Assembly (NCBI GenBank): GCA_963794325.1
Contig: CAWCDG010000004.1
Span: 736,001 to 800,000, forward strand
From: an uncultured delta proteobacterium
Lineage (GTDB): Bacteria; Desulfobacterota; Binatia; Binatales; Binataceae
Direction of reading: 5' to 3'
DNA length: 64,000 nt
Both the position numbers and the translations under genes were made by a program. This document shows, piece after piece, positions 20,911 to 29,117 of this stretch (positions are counted from its first letter, which is position 1; every line of letters begins with the position of its first letter). A model generated the notes under the pieces. That model had not been told where the DNA came from, searched no databases, and saw nothing but the letters and a program-made list of their open reading frames with translations.

Positions 20911-21372
20911 TTAATTGGGCAGGTCCGCCGGGTTTCGCTCGAAAGTTCGAGCCAGCGCAGAGAATTCCTGGCGAAGAGCCTTGGCCGGCTCAAATGCAGT
21001 ACACAGGTGCGCGAGTCGATCCTGAAGAGCTGCGGCGGGCTCGAGAGCCGTGGCGAGTTGGCACAGACTTTCGCGGAACGACACGCAGAGCTGGCTGAGT
21101 TCCTGGTCGAGCGTTTCCAACGGTGAGAATTGCTTCAACACCTGCTGAAGTTGGTGCTGGAAGTTGTGCATCGGCTCGAGCACTTTAGCCAGGTCCCTGA
21201 TCTGTCCCTCGAACTCGCGCAGAGGTTCGAACACGCTTGCAAGCTCAGAGAGCTGCTGTATCGGTTCGAGGATAACCGCGATCTGCGCCAACTGCTCCTG
21301 GAGCGGTCTGATCTGATCGAAGACCGCCGATACCGCCAGACCGGGCTCAAATGAAGTTCGCTGAGTTGCCAT
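20911..21372 (-). CDS. Proline-punctuated amphipathic-helix protein, paralog B
   Basis: Repeated xEP/xxP breaks at about 17-aa spacing; gapless alignment with paralog C. Confidence 0.8.
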   Translation of the reverse strand: MATQRTSFEPGLAVSAVFDQIRPLQEQLAQIAVILEPIQQLSELASVFEPLREFEGQIRDLAKVLEPMHNFQHQLQQVLKQFSPLETLDQELSQLCVSFRESLCQLATALEPAAALQDRLAHLCTAFEPAKALRQEFSALARTFERNPADLPN

Positions 21373-21620
21373 CTTAATTCATCCCTAGGCTTTTTAGCTT
21401 TTTAGTGGCGAATCGTTGCAGAAGTATAAAAATGCGTCAGATAGACGACTTTAGCTCTTGTTTGACGATCTTGGCAGCATCGTACAATCCATACATCTCT
21501 CGCAAGCCGCAGCATCGCGACAATCCACAGGGGCCCAGTTGCCATTACAGTGGCCTGACGGCAAGGTACAAGCGACTCGACGGTCAATGAAAGTGGCTGT
21601 TGTTGGGAGGATAGACACAA

Positions 21621-22088
21621 ATGGCAGACAAGCAGATTTCGTTTCACCCCGCGCTCGCGGTAGAGGCGGTGTTTGAGCAGGTAAAGCCGCTTGAAGATCA
21701 GCTCGCTCAGATAGCGTCGATTCTGGGACCTATAGGGCAGCTTTCGGAGCTTGGGAGTGTGTTTGAACCGCTGCGCCTGTTTGGTACGCAAGTCAAGGAA
21801 TTAGCCAAACTGCTCGAACCGATGCGCAGTTTCCAGGACCAGCTCCGACAGGTTCTGAATCAATTCGGCCCCCTGCAAGCTCTGGATCAGGAACTCGATC
21901 AACTTTCTGAAGGGTTCTGCCAAAGCCTAAGCCAGCTTGCCGCTGCGCTCGAACCGGCGGTGACGCTTCAGGACAGACTCGCGCATCTGGCTAACGCGTT
22001 TGAACCGGCGAAGACCCTTCGCGAGGACTTCTCGGCGCTGGCGCAGGGTTTCGAGCGAAGCTCACAAGGTTTATCGGAGCAAGCTTGA
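21621..22088 (+). CDS. Proline-punctuated amphipathic-helix protein, paralog C
   Basis: GGGAGG RBS; about two-thirds identical to B by hand alignment. Confidence 0.82.
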   Translation: MADKQISFHPALAVEAVFEQVKPLEDQLAQIASILGPIGQLSELGSVFEPLRLFGTQVKELAKLLEPMRSFQDQLRQVLNQFGPLQALDQELDQLSEGFCQSLSQLAAALEPAVTLQDRLAHLANAFEPAKTLREDFSALAQGFERSSQGLSEQA

Positions 22089-22131
22089 AATATAGAGAAG
22101 ACTCGCAACCGCGGGATCAGAGCGCAGGGTA

Positions 22132-23649
22132 ATGGACAAACCGAAAGTGACCGAAGCGGCTGTCGGCGCCGAACAAGTGGTGCGCGATCTGGTCGACGCC
22201 TTGAAGTCGCTCCAAAAAAAACAGGCGCCGCTCAGTTCGTCGCCGCCTGGCGAACAAGAGCAACAAAAACAAAAACCGACCGAATCGCGCGACGGCCGTT
22301 CGAAGGCAACCACGCTTCTTGAGACTTTGCCGGGCGTTCCAGATGTCGACGAGCCAGAGCCAGAACAAATCCCGGAACTCGAAACCGCCGAGAATTCACA
22401 GACCCCAGGCTTCGAAGTTCAATCTGGCGATTACGGAATCGTTCAAGGATTCTGCCGCAACCACGGAGTCGTCGAGCGCTTCCGGGTGACTCCTGAGGAA
22501 CTAAAGGCGTTGTCCAACGCATCTCTGCTCGGACCTCTGATTTGCGAGCAAGATGTTAAGTTCATGCTGCGCCAAATTCGCGAGGCGAGTAAGCCCGCGG
22601 AACCGCAGGCCACCATTGCGCCCGAGCAAATCAGGGTCCCATTTCTCCTGGACGCCGCCTCCTCGCTCGAGCGCGTGGAGAACGGCTCGTCTGGCCCCTC
22701 GGGAAACAACAGCGAGGAACGCGAAGTAAACGATCGCGCGACCGAGGAGGAAAAAGACAAGAGCCAGGGGTTGGGCGCCGCGCTCAACGGTCTGGCCAGC
22801 CAGGTCGCCTCTCAACCCGCGCCGCGTAACAGGCGCAAGCGTCGAACCAGAACCGGCACAAAGGTGGCCATCGGCATTTCTGTCGCCAGTCTGTTGCTGT
22901 GGGTCCTGACTCTTGGGGTCTTGTATAAGTTAGTCGACGCTTATCGAAGGCACGTAACCACTATAGCTGCGCTCAACACGATCATTGGCAAGCAGCGCGA
23001 AATTAGCCAACAAGCCATTTCGGAAGTGCAGGCGCAGGCGGCCGCCGCCAAACAAGCCTCCCAAGCGGCCGAATCCCAGGCGGATAGCATCAAAACCCAA
23101 GCGGACGGCAGCAAGACCGATGCGGACGCTGCCAAGACTCAGGCAGACTCTGCTGCGCTCTCCGCGCGCAGTGCACGCGATATGGTGGTGATCGCCGAAG
23201 CTGCCCACGTCAATGTGGATGCAATCTACTGTTCTCCTCGCGCTGCATTGAGTCTCGATACGGTATTTACATTGCGTTACCGCAATTCGGGTAGAACTCG
23301 TGCCGACAACCTTGAGTCGTCTTTCTCCGCCGGAATTCCCGACGCTACGCCGACCGAAGAATCAACAGATCCGGCCAGCAAAGTCACTGCTGCTTCGGTA
23401 GGCGCAGGTGCGAGCATACCAGGTGGAACCACAGGAACAGTCAGAGACCTGCTCTCGAAGAGTTTAGGCAGTGTTCCACCCGAACAAACGTTTCAGAAGA
23501 TTGTTGCGGGGCAGCTCAAGTTTGGGATTTGGGGAACTTCTACGTACACTGACGTTCTGAAGGAGAAACATCAAGAGAAATTCGAGTACGTTTGGGATCG
23601 CAACTTTCCGAACGCTTGCCTGTTCACCGTTGCGCACACCGATGAATAG
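22132..23649 (+). CDS. Single-pass membrane protein: acidic cytoplasmic N-region, Ala/Gln coiled coil, C-terminal beta domain
   Basis: 505-aa ORF; RRKRRTR precedes hydrophobic VAIGISVASLLLWVLTLGVL; QAQAAAAKQASQAA coil; RNSGRTRA and WGTSTYTD. Confidence 0.75.
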   Translation: MDKPKVTEAAVGAEQVVRDLVDALKSLQKKQAPLSSSPPGEQEQQKQKPTESRDGRSKATTLLETLPGVPDVDEPEPEQIPELETAENSQTPGFEVQSGDYGIVQGFCRNHGVVERFRVTPEELKALSNASLLGPLICEQDVKFMLRQIREASKPAEPQATIAPEQIRVPFLLDAASSLERVENGSSGPSGNNSEEREVNDRATEEEKDKSQGLGAALNGLASQVASQPAPRNRRKRRTRTGTKVAIGISVASLLLWVLTLGVLYKLVDAYRRHVTTIAALNTIIGKQREISQQAISEVQAQAAAAKQASQAAESQADSIKTQADGSKTDADAAKTQADSAALSARSARDMVVIAEAAHVNVDAIYCSPRAALSLDTVFTLRYRNSGRTRADNLESSFSAGIPDATPTEESTDPASKVTAASVGAGASIPGGTTGTVRDLLSKSLGSVPPEQTFQKIVAGQLKFGIWGTSTYTDVLKEKHQEKFEYVWDRNFPNACLFTVAHTDE

Positions 23650-23786
23650 AGTCCCGCGATTGCGTCTACAGGGTTTGGCGAGGCGAACGCGCGTTTCGAC
23701 AGGCACGTGACGTAGCGCTTGGCGAGTCCCTCTCGGCGAGCGATCTCGTATCGAAGCCAGCGCGCGTGGGCGCTAATAAACCGCAA

Positions 23787-23831
23787 TTGACACATCCGCG
23801 GACGCGGCTTTATGCTCTCGGTTGCAACCGA
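23787..23831 (+). promoter_or_regulatory. Sigma-70-like promoter with an adjacent 14-bp perfect palindrome
   Basis: TTGACA (23787)-N18-TATGCT (23811), then TCGGTTGCAACCGA at 23818-23831. Confidence 0.6.
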
Positions 23832-23884
23832 CTGAACGCTAGTTTGATAGTAGCAACAGTCCAAGCAATCTGGAGGAACACCCG

Positions 23885-24532
23885 ATGAGCCGCGATTTTG
23901 AATTCAAACAACTGCTGCGCGCCTACCGCAGCGGAATTATTTCTCAGGCAACGTTCGAGTCCGAGATGGCATGGCTCGGAGCCGGAGCGCCGGCCACCAA
24001 CGGCAACGGCGGCGGCGGTTTCAAGGCCTTCGGCCGCACTTACAAATCCGAACACGCCGCGGTCGTCAGTTTTCTCGACAAAGTTCGCGCCGGCGAGGCC
24101 AACGGCGGGGAAGCATTCGCGGCATGGGCGGAGGTCTGCACGACAGATTGCATCCGCACGGGCATCCGCATGGTTGCCGAGCGCGAGGCCTATCATTCGC
24201 GGGTATTCGCGCAGCGCCTGGCGGAACTCGGCGGTGAGACTCGCGCGCCCATCACCGAGGACGGACGCAAGTACACTGCTTATCTTGGCGACCCGTCGAT
24301 TCCCGACAACGAGAAACTGCTCAGCTTCACCAAGCGCGTCGGCAAGCCCGAGGACGCCATCAAACCCATCTGCGAATTCGCCGAACTGCTGAAAGAAGAT
24401 CTCTCGACCAGGGAAGCGCTGCGGCTGTTCGCCGAAGACGAACTGTCGACCGCGAAATGGCTGTGGGATTCGTGCGCCGCACTCAACGCGCCCAAGCAGC
24501 AGGCGTCGGCGTCGGACTCAGCATCGATGTAG
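23885..24532 (+). CDS. Ferritin-like four-helix protein with N-terminal SHOCT-like segment
   Basis: GGAGGA RBS; LLRAYRSGIISQATFE; GEANG, EREAYH, EDE. Confidence 0.7.
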   Translation: MSRDFEFKQLLRAYRSGIISQATFESEMAWLGAGAPATNGNGGGGFKAFGRTYKSEHAAVVSFLDKVRAGEANGGEAFAAWAEVCTTDCIRTGIRMVAEREAYHSRVFAQRLAELGGETRAPITEDGRKYTAYLGDPSIPDNEKLLSFTKRVGKPEDAIKPICEFAELLKEDLSTREALRLFAEDELSTAKWLWDSCAALNAPKQQASASDSASM

Positions 24533-24555
24533 TTTTCGCTTCGGACTAAACTGAG

Positions 24556-24588
24556 AGCGGGGCCCAGACGGACCCCGCTTTTCTTTTT
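24556..24588 (+). terminator. Rho-independent terminator
   Basis: AGCGGGG/CCCCGCT stem followed by TTTCTTTTT. Confidence 0.8.
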
Positions 24589-24641
24589 GTCTTCAACTCA
24601 CTCGCGATCGCTGAATACGCGCGTGAGTCAGCGCGAGCGGC

Positions 24642-25484
24642 TCAATGCGTGGCCGGCGACGGCGCGCTCGCGGGCGCTGCTTCGGGCGGCGACATCTTCA
24701 TCGCACCCGGCGACATCTTCATCGCACCCGGCGACATCTTCATTGAGCCCGGTCCCGGCAAATCCCTCTTGGTGAAATCCGCGGGAACCGTGAAATCGGC
24801 GTCCGCCAGTTTCTTCGCTTCGATTTTCTCGACCACCGTGGTGGTCATGACCGGCGGGCGTTTCGCCATCATCTCATTGATTTTCGCCGCCTGGTCCGGC
24901 GACATCCCCGGGATAGTCACATTCCCCATCTTCATAGACGAGTCCAGCGCGAGTGGTACTCCGCCCGGTACCTCTCCGGTGGCCCCAGCGGTGCCCGCGC
25001 TCTTGAGCTTCTCCGCCATATTCTTTTCGAACGCCGCAAACTCCGCCGCACCGGGTGCCGTGGTCGAGAAACATTCCTTGACCGTGTAGTCACCCGCCAT
25101 CATGTGCCCGCCGCCGGTGTAGTCGGCGCACTTGAAGCCGGCGATCTCGCGCGAACTGCCCGCCTTCTTGAAGTTCATCGCCGCGTTCGTGCTCGCCGCC
25201 ATCATCGTGGCCATCTGCCCCTGCGGCGGAAACGCAATCTCGAAGTAGGTCTTCGCCTTCGGATCGAGCACGTACATTTTCCCGGCGTCCAGATCGGTTA
25301 TGATCGTGTGACGCTCGGTCACCATCTTCTGCTTGTTGCCCTGCACCGAAATCGTTTGTTCGGAGTCGCGAGTGTTCGTTCCACTGGTCACGTGCTGCTT
25401 TTGCTGTATGACGACCCCGGCGGCCGCGGGAATCGCGGCCATTGCGAGCGTCATCCCCGCAACCAGGGCGGTTAATTTCCTCAT
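24642..25484 (-). CDS. Secreted DUF4412-like, Met-rich protein
   Basis: Signal peptide, IITDLDAGKMYVLDPKAKTY, REIAGFKC, DFTVPADF. Confidence 0.75.
   Translation of the reverse strand: MRKLTALVAGMTLAMAAIPAAAGVVIQQKQHVTSGTNTRDSEQTISVQGNKQKMVTERHTIITDLDAGKMYVLDPKAKTYFEIAFPPQGQMATMMAASTNAAMNFKKAGSSREIAGFKCADYTGGGHMMAGDYTVKECFSTTAPGAAEFAAFEKNMAEKLKSAGTAGATGEVPGGVPLALDSSMKMGNVTIPGMSPDQAAKINEMMAKRPPVMTTTVVEKIEAKKLADADFTVPADFTKRDLPGPGSMKMSPGAMKMSPGAMKMSPPEAAPASAPSPATH
24688..24750. repeat. 21-bp tandem repeat x3 encoding (MKMSPGA)n
   Basis: GGCGACATCTTCATCGCACCC twice exactly plus a degenerate third copy. Confidence 0.92.
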
Positions 25485-26533
25485 AGCGATTGCTCTCCTT
25501 GTGCTCGTTGCATTTTCACCACAGTGTCGCGCCCGTTTGGCGAGGCGCCCTTAATATCTATGCGCTGCCGCGCGCCCATCCGATGTATCATCAGGGCCAG
25601 CAGCCCGAACAACACCCATACCATTTCCTTGATGCGCCGCAGAAACCCTACCGCAAAGCCAATCCCCGGCGGATAACCCAGCATCCCCAGGATGAGCGCC
25701 TTGCCGCCCTCCTGACTCACCAGCTTGCCCGGGATCAGAAAGGTCGCGCGTTCAATCAGCAGCCCGACCGACTCGACCAGCAGCGCGGTCTGAAACGTCG
25801 CCGACTGATGCAGCAAGCGCAGCAGGATATAGATTTCGAGCGGCCCGAGACTCCACGCGACCGCGTAGCAAAGGCACGACGCCACGAATCGGCCGCGATT
25901 GCGCGCATAGAAATCCAGCAGGACAGCGTCGGCCTCGTCGGCGGAATCGCGGATTTCGTCGGTGTTGATTCGCGCAATATCGAGCTTGGTCGCGGCACGC
26001 CACAGATGCGAGAACGGCCGCTTCATTTGTACGAAAAAGAATCCGCCTGCCAGCGCGACCGCCAGCGCGAACCCGCCAACGATCGCCCAGTACAGGTTCG
26101 CCGCTACCGGGATCATGCGCAGCGAAATCACCAGCGCGATCGACATGAACACGATTTGCCCGACTGCTTCCGCCAGCGACGCGACCACCACCGTCGCGAG
26201 CCCTACCGGCATCCGCAGTTTCTCGCGCACCTCCACCGCCATCACGAACTGCCCGCCCAGCTGCGCCGACGGCGTTACATAGTCGATCGCCTCGCCGCCA
26301 ATTCGCGCGCCGAACAGCTCGACGAATCTGAGCCTTGGCGGATATTCCTCAATCGTGACCCGCCAACCGAGCGTATTCGCGATTCGCGCGAGCGCCTCGA
26401 GCGAGATCGTCAGCGCCAGTCCCCATCCCGCCATCCGCACGTAGCCAATCACTTCCCGCGGCCCGTAATGGGTCAGGAACCAGGCGTAAAACCCAATTGC
26501 TATAACGATGAAAATTGTCTCGACGCGGCGCAT
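25481..26533 (-). CDS. Lysylphosphatidylglycerol synthase TM / flippase-like (UPF0104) protein
   Basis: Multi-TM; GWR, TPSAQLGGQ, IPGKLVSQEGG, LRRIKE. Confidence 0.8.
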   Translation of the reverse strand: MRRVETIFIVIAIGFYAWFLTHYGPREVIGYVRMAGWGLALTISLEALARIANTLGWRVTIEEYPPRLRFVELFGARIGGEAIDYVTPSAQLGGQFVMAVEVREKLRMPVGLATVVVASLAEAVGQIVFMSIALVISLRMIPVAANLYWAIVGGFALAVALAGGFFFVQMKRPFSHLWRAATKLDIARINTDEIRDSADEADAVLLDFYARNRGRFVASCLCYAVAWSLGPLEIYILLRLLHQSATFQTALLVESVGLLIERATFLIPGKLVSQEGGKALILGMLGYPPGIGFAVGFLRRIKEMVWVLFGLLALMIHRMGARQRIDIKGASPNGRDTVVKMQRAQGEQSL

Positions 26534-26631
26534 CGGCAGGTGTAGGCCGCCTCGATGGACGGGCGGCAACCGATGCATTCTTTCAGCAGCGCCCTACCTG
26601 CGCAACCTGCAAATGCATTAGTTATTCGCCG

Positions 26632-27027
26632 GGTAATGCCCTGGTTTGAATTGCTTTGTGCGCCCGCGATGGCCGCTAACGTGAGAGATCGGATATGGTC
26701 GGTAGAAGAATTGATTGAGGCGGTCCAATGAACCCGGTGATGCTGCTGCTTTATGCCGAAGCGTTTTGGCAGGACTATCAGACTCCGGTAGAACTCTTGA
26801 TGGTCCTTGCGGTTTCTGGAGTCTTAGTGAAATGGGTCGTTGATGATTTCAGGCACTCGCGCTTGTCCGCGATTACCTGGCTTTTGGTAGTACTATCGCT
26901 CCTCGGACCTATATGGGTTGCGTCGTATGTGGCCTCCTCCGGCGGCCTTGCTCAGTTACGCCACCATCGGGATCTGATCCTGCTCGGCTCAACACCGCAC
27001 CACGAAGAACGAAATTAGGACGCTACC
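26632..27027 (+). mobile_element. Non-autonomous IS1-like mini-element with a passenger gene
   Basis: Imperfect TIRs GGTAATGCCCTGGTTTG / GGTAGCGTCCTAATTTC, flanks ATTCGCCG / ATCCGCCG, transposase C-terminal remnant APAMAANVRDRIWSVEELIE*. Confidence 0.72.
26728..27018 (+). CDS. Small 2-TM membrane protein (passenger gene)
   Basis: GAGG RBS, ATGA overlap with the transposase remnant stop, two hydrophobic segments. Confidence 0.55.
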   Translation: MNPVMLLLYAEAFWQDYQTPVELLMVLAVSGVLVKWVVDDFRHSRLSAITWLLVVLSLLGPIWVASYVASSGGLAQLRHHRDLILLGSTPHHEERN

Positions 27028-27060
27028 ATCCGCCGCCCTTCGCGGAGCGAAACTCGGGTT

Positions 27061-27834
27061 TCAGCCCTTGGCGCGGATCAATCCCGCGAACTTGTCCAGC
27101 TCCACCGGATTCAGGTCAGACACCACCCAGCAATTCATCCCGGCGACCGTCATCTGCTCGACGTTGTATCCGTGCTCGGTCTCGATTCGTTCAGCGCTGG
27201 TCGGGGTGCCCGCCGTTGGCCACATGAAGACGTTGATCACGTGCTTGGCATGCTGATAGACGAGCGCCGCCACCGGCCGTCCGTCGATATAGTCGAGACG
27301 CCCACCCACCAGCGGAAATCCGTCTTGCACGAAATCGTTAACCGGTGGCGAGAAATCCAGCTTGCCGTTGAACCATGGCTTGACGGTATGTTGATCGGTC
27401 GAGGCAACGTCCATCAGATGCGTCGCCATCAGCGATCGCACATGACTGGCGACCACTTCGTTCGCGAGGTGCTGATTGAGGGCTGGAGCGATCGAGCGCG
27501 GCGCGATGACCAGCGCGAGCGCGGCGCCAATCGCCATCGGTACCGCAAATCTGGCGGCACGTTGAACCCATGGCCCGCGCCGCGATTGATAACCGTTCGA
27601 CTGCGACGGCGTCGCCGTTGGAAGCGCGCGGCGAATCTTGTCCTTCAACGCGGCCGGTGCTTCGAATTTGAACGCCTCATCCCTGAGCCGCGTGCGCATC
27701 GCACGCAGCGCGGCGTATTCGCTCGCGCATCGCGGACATTCCTCGATATGCCGCTGCACTTCGAGGTCGTCGGCGAGGTCAAGTTCGCCGTCGAGATGTC
27801 CGTGCATCAGGATTCGCGCGTCGTCGCAGTTCAC
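27061..27834 (-). CDS. Zinc-finger transmembrane anti-sigma factor
   Basis: HIEECPRC (HxxxCxxC), TM helix, DQHTVKPWFNGKLDFSPPV, GGRLDY. Confidence 0.92.
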   Translation of the reverse strand: MNCDDARILMHGHLDGELDLADDLEVQRHIEECPRCASEYAALRAMRTRLRDEAFKFEAPAALKDKIRRALPTATPSQSNGYQSRRGPWVQRAARFAVPMAIGAALALVIAPRSIAPALNQHLANEVVASHVRSLMATHLMDVASTDQHTVKPWFNGKLDFSPPVNDFVQDGFPLVGGRLDYIDGRPVAALVYQHAKHVINVFMWPTAGTPTSAERIETEHGYNVEQMTVAGMNCWVVSDLNPVELDKFAGLIRAKG

Positions 27835-28361
27835 GTCTGCTCCTTCCCGATTCGCTCCTTGAGCGAACGCGCGAGCTTGCCGCGAGCGCGCGCCAACCGC
27901 GACATGACGGTGCCAATCGGCACGTCGGCCGCGTCGGCGATTTCCTTGTACGAAAGTCCCTCGATATCCCGCATGACGATCACCTCGCGAAACTCGTCCG
28001 CCAGCTCCTCCAGCGCCGCGCGAATCATCGTAGTGTCGGCCTTGCGGACCGCTTCCGCCTCCAGACCGCTGTCCTCGGTCGTCCCAGCATGCATCTGCTC
28101 GTCGAACTCGGTCGGGGCATTGCTACCCCGGTTGCGCTTGAGCCAGGTGAATGCGGTGTTGCGCACGATCGCGAGAATCCACGCGCGCGGGTCGCCGCCG
28201 CGAAATCCGCCGGCGAACCTGAGCGCGCGCAGGTAGGCCTCCTGCACCACGTCCTGCGCGTCGTGATCATCACGCACCAGCCATCGCGCAAGGTTGTAAG
28301 CGGCATCCATATGCGGCAGGAACGTGCGGTCGAAATCGACAGCTTTGGTATCGTCAGGCAA
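27831..28361 (-). CDS. ECF sigma factor (tentatively ECF26-like)
   Basis: AYNLARWL, DAQDVVQEA, GLSYKEIA, GTVMSRLARAR; coupled to the anti-sigma gene. Confidence 0.92.
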   Translation of the reverse strand: MPDDTKAVDFDRTFLPHMDAAYNLARWLVRDDHDAQDVVQEAYLRALRFAGGFRGGDPRAWILAIVRNTAFTWLKRNRGSNAPTEFDEQMHAGTTEDSGLEAEAVRKADTTMIRAALEELADEFREVIVMRDIEGLSYKEIADAADVPIGTVMSRLARARGKLARSLKERIGKEQT

Positions 28362-28392
28362 TCGCTTTTCTTTCGCCCGCCTGTCTCCGTGT

Positions 28393-28475
28393 AGTTTCAG
28401 ACCGCGAGCGCGCCAATCTTATTCCCGACCGCCACCGGGCCTCAATCGCGGGAATATTCCATCGCCTGCCGAGTC
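28393..28475. promoter_or_regulatory. Back-to-back ECF-type promoter cassette, copy 1
   Basis: GGGAATA..GTC on both strands; homologous to 28995-29077. Confidence 0.7.
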
Positions 28476-28636
28476 CTTACCATTGTGCGGTCATATTTCA
28501 CGCCTTTACGTCAGGAGAGTTAGCGACCCGAAGTTGTATCGCCAAAAATCGCCCACACGGTAGAAACGCCCCCTTTTCTGTCGCCCCCCACAGAAACCGT
28601 TTCGCCGTGTGGGCATTATCCTCCTGTAGGAGTCCC

Positions 28637-28870
28637 ATGGATCGATTCGATCGCGTGAACAGCAGAATCCTGACGGTGCGGGACCTATCGAGCTATCTCC
28701 GGGTGCACCCGTCAACGATCTACAAGATGCTGAAAAGAAATCAGTTGCCCGCGTTCCGCGTCGGCAGCGATTGGCGGTTTACCGTGGAGGCGATCGACCA
28801 ATGGCTCGCCTCGGCGGAGGAGGGCGTGCCCTCGGCTGGCGCCCTCGAAACCGAACTTGGCTCGAAGTGA
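28637..28870 (+). CDS. Excisionase-like HTH (HTH_17) DNA-binding protein
   Basis: AGGAG RBS; LTVRDLSSYLRVHPSTIY, LPAFRVGSDWRF. Confidence 0.88.
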   Translation: MDRFDRVNSRILTVRDLSSYLRVHPSTIYKMLKRNQLPAFRVGSDWRFTVEAIDQWLASAEEGVPSAGALETELGSK

Positions 28871-28994
28871 TCTGATAGCTCAAATCGAAATTCTTCGCCG
28901 AGAATATTTTCGCGAATCAGCGTCGTGGCATCACCGGAGCCGCGCGGTGATTCGAGTTCGGCCGTAAATTCCAGCCCGATCTCCCTGCCCGATC

Positions 28995-29077
28995 AGTCTC
29001 AGACCGCGATCCAGACAATTTTATTCCCGACAACTTTCGATCTCCAATCGCGGGAATATTCTCAGCGCCATCGAGTC
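28995..29077. promoter_or_regulatory. Back-to-back ECF-type promoter cassette, copy 2
   Basis: Same 83-bp length with conserved CAGACCGCGA, TTATTCCCGAC, CAATCGCGGGAATATTC and CGAGTC blocks. Confidence 0.7.
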
Positions 29078-29117
29078 ATCCACCGTGAAAGCGCACATCA
29101 GCGCGAGGTGATTCTTG

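Noticed and set aside
21406-21420. Sigma-54 promoter TGGCGAATCGTTGCA
   Set aside because: GG-to-GC spacing is 9 nt rather than the required 10.
28637-28870. Excisionase as evidence of a prophage or ICE
   Set aside because: No integrase, att-tRNA or phage genes; stand-alone HTH_17 regulators are common.
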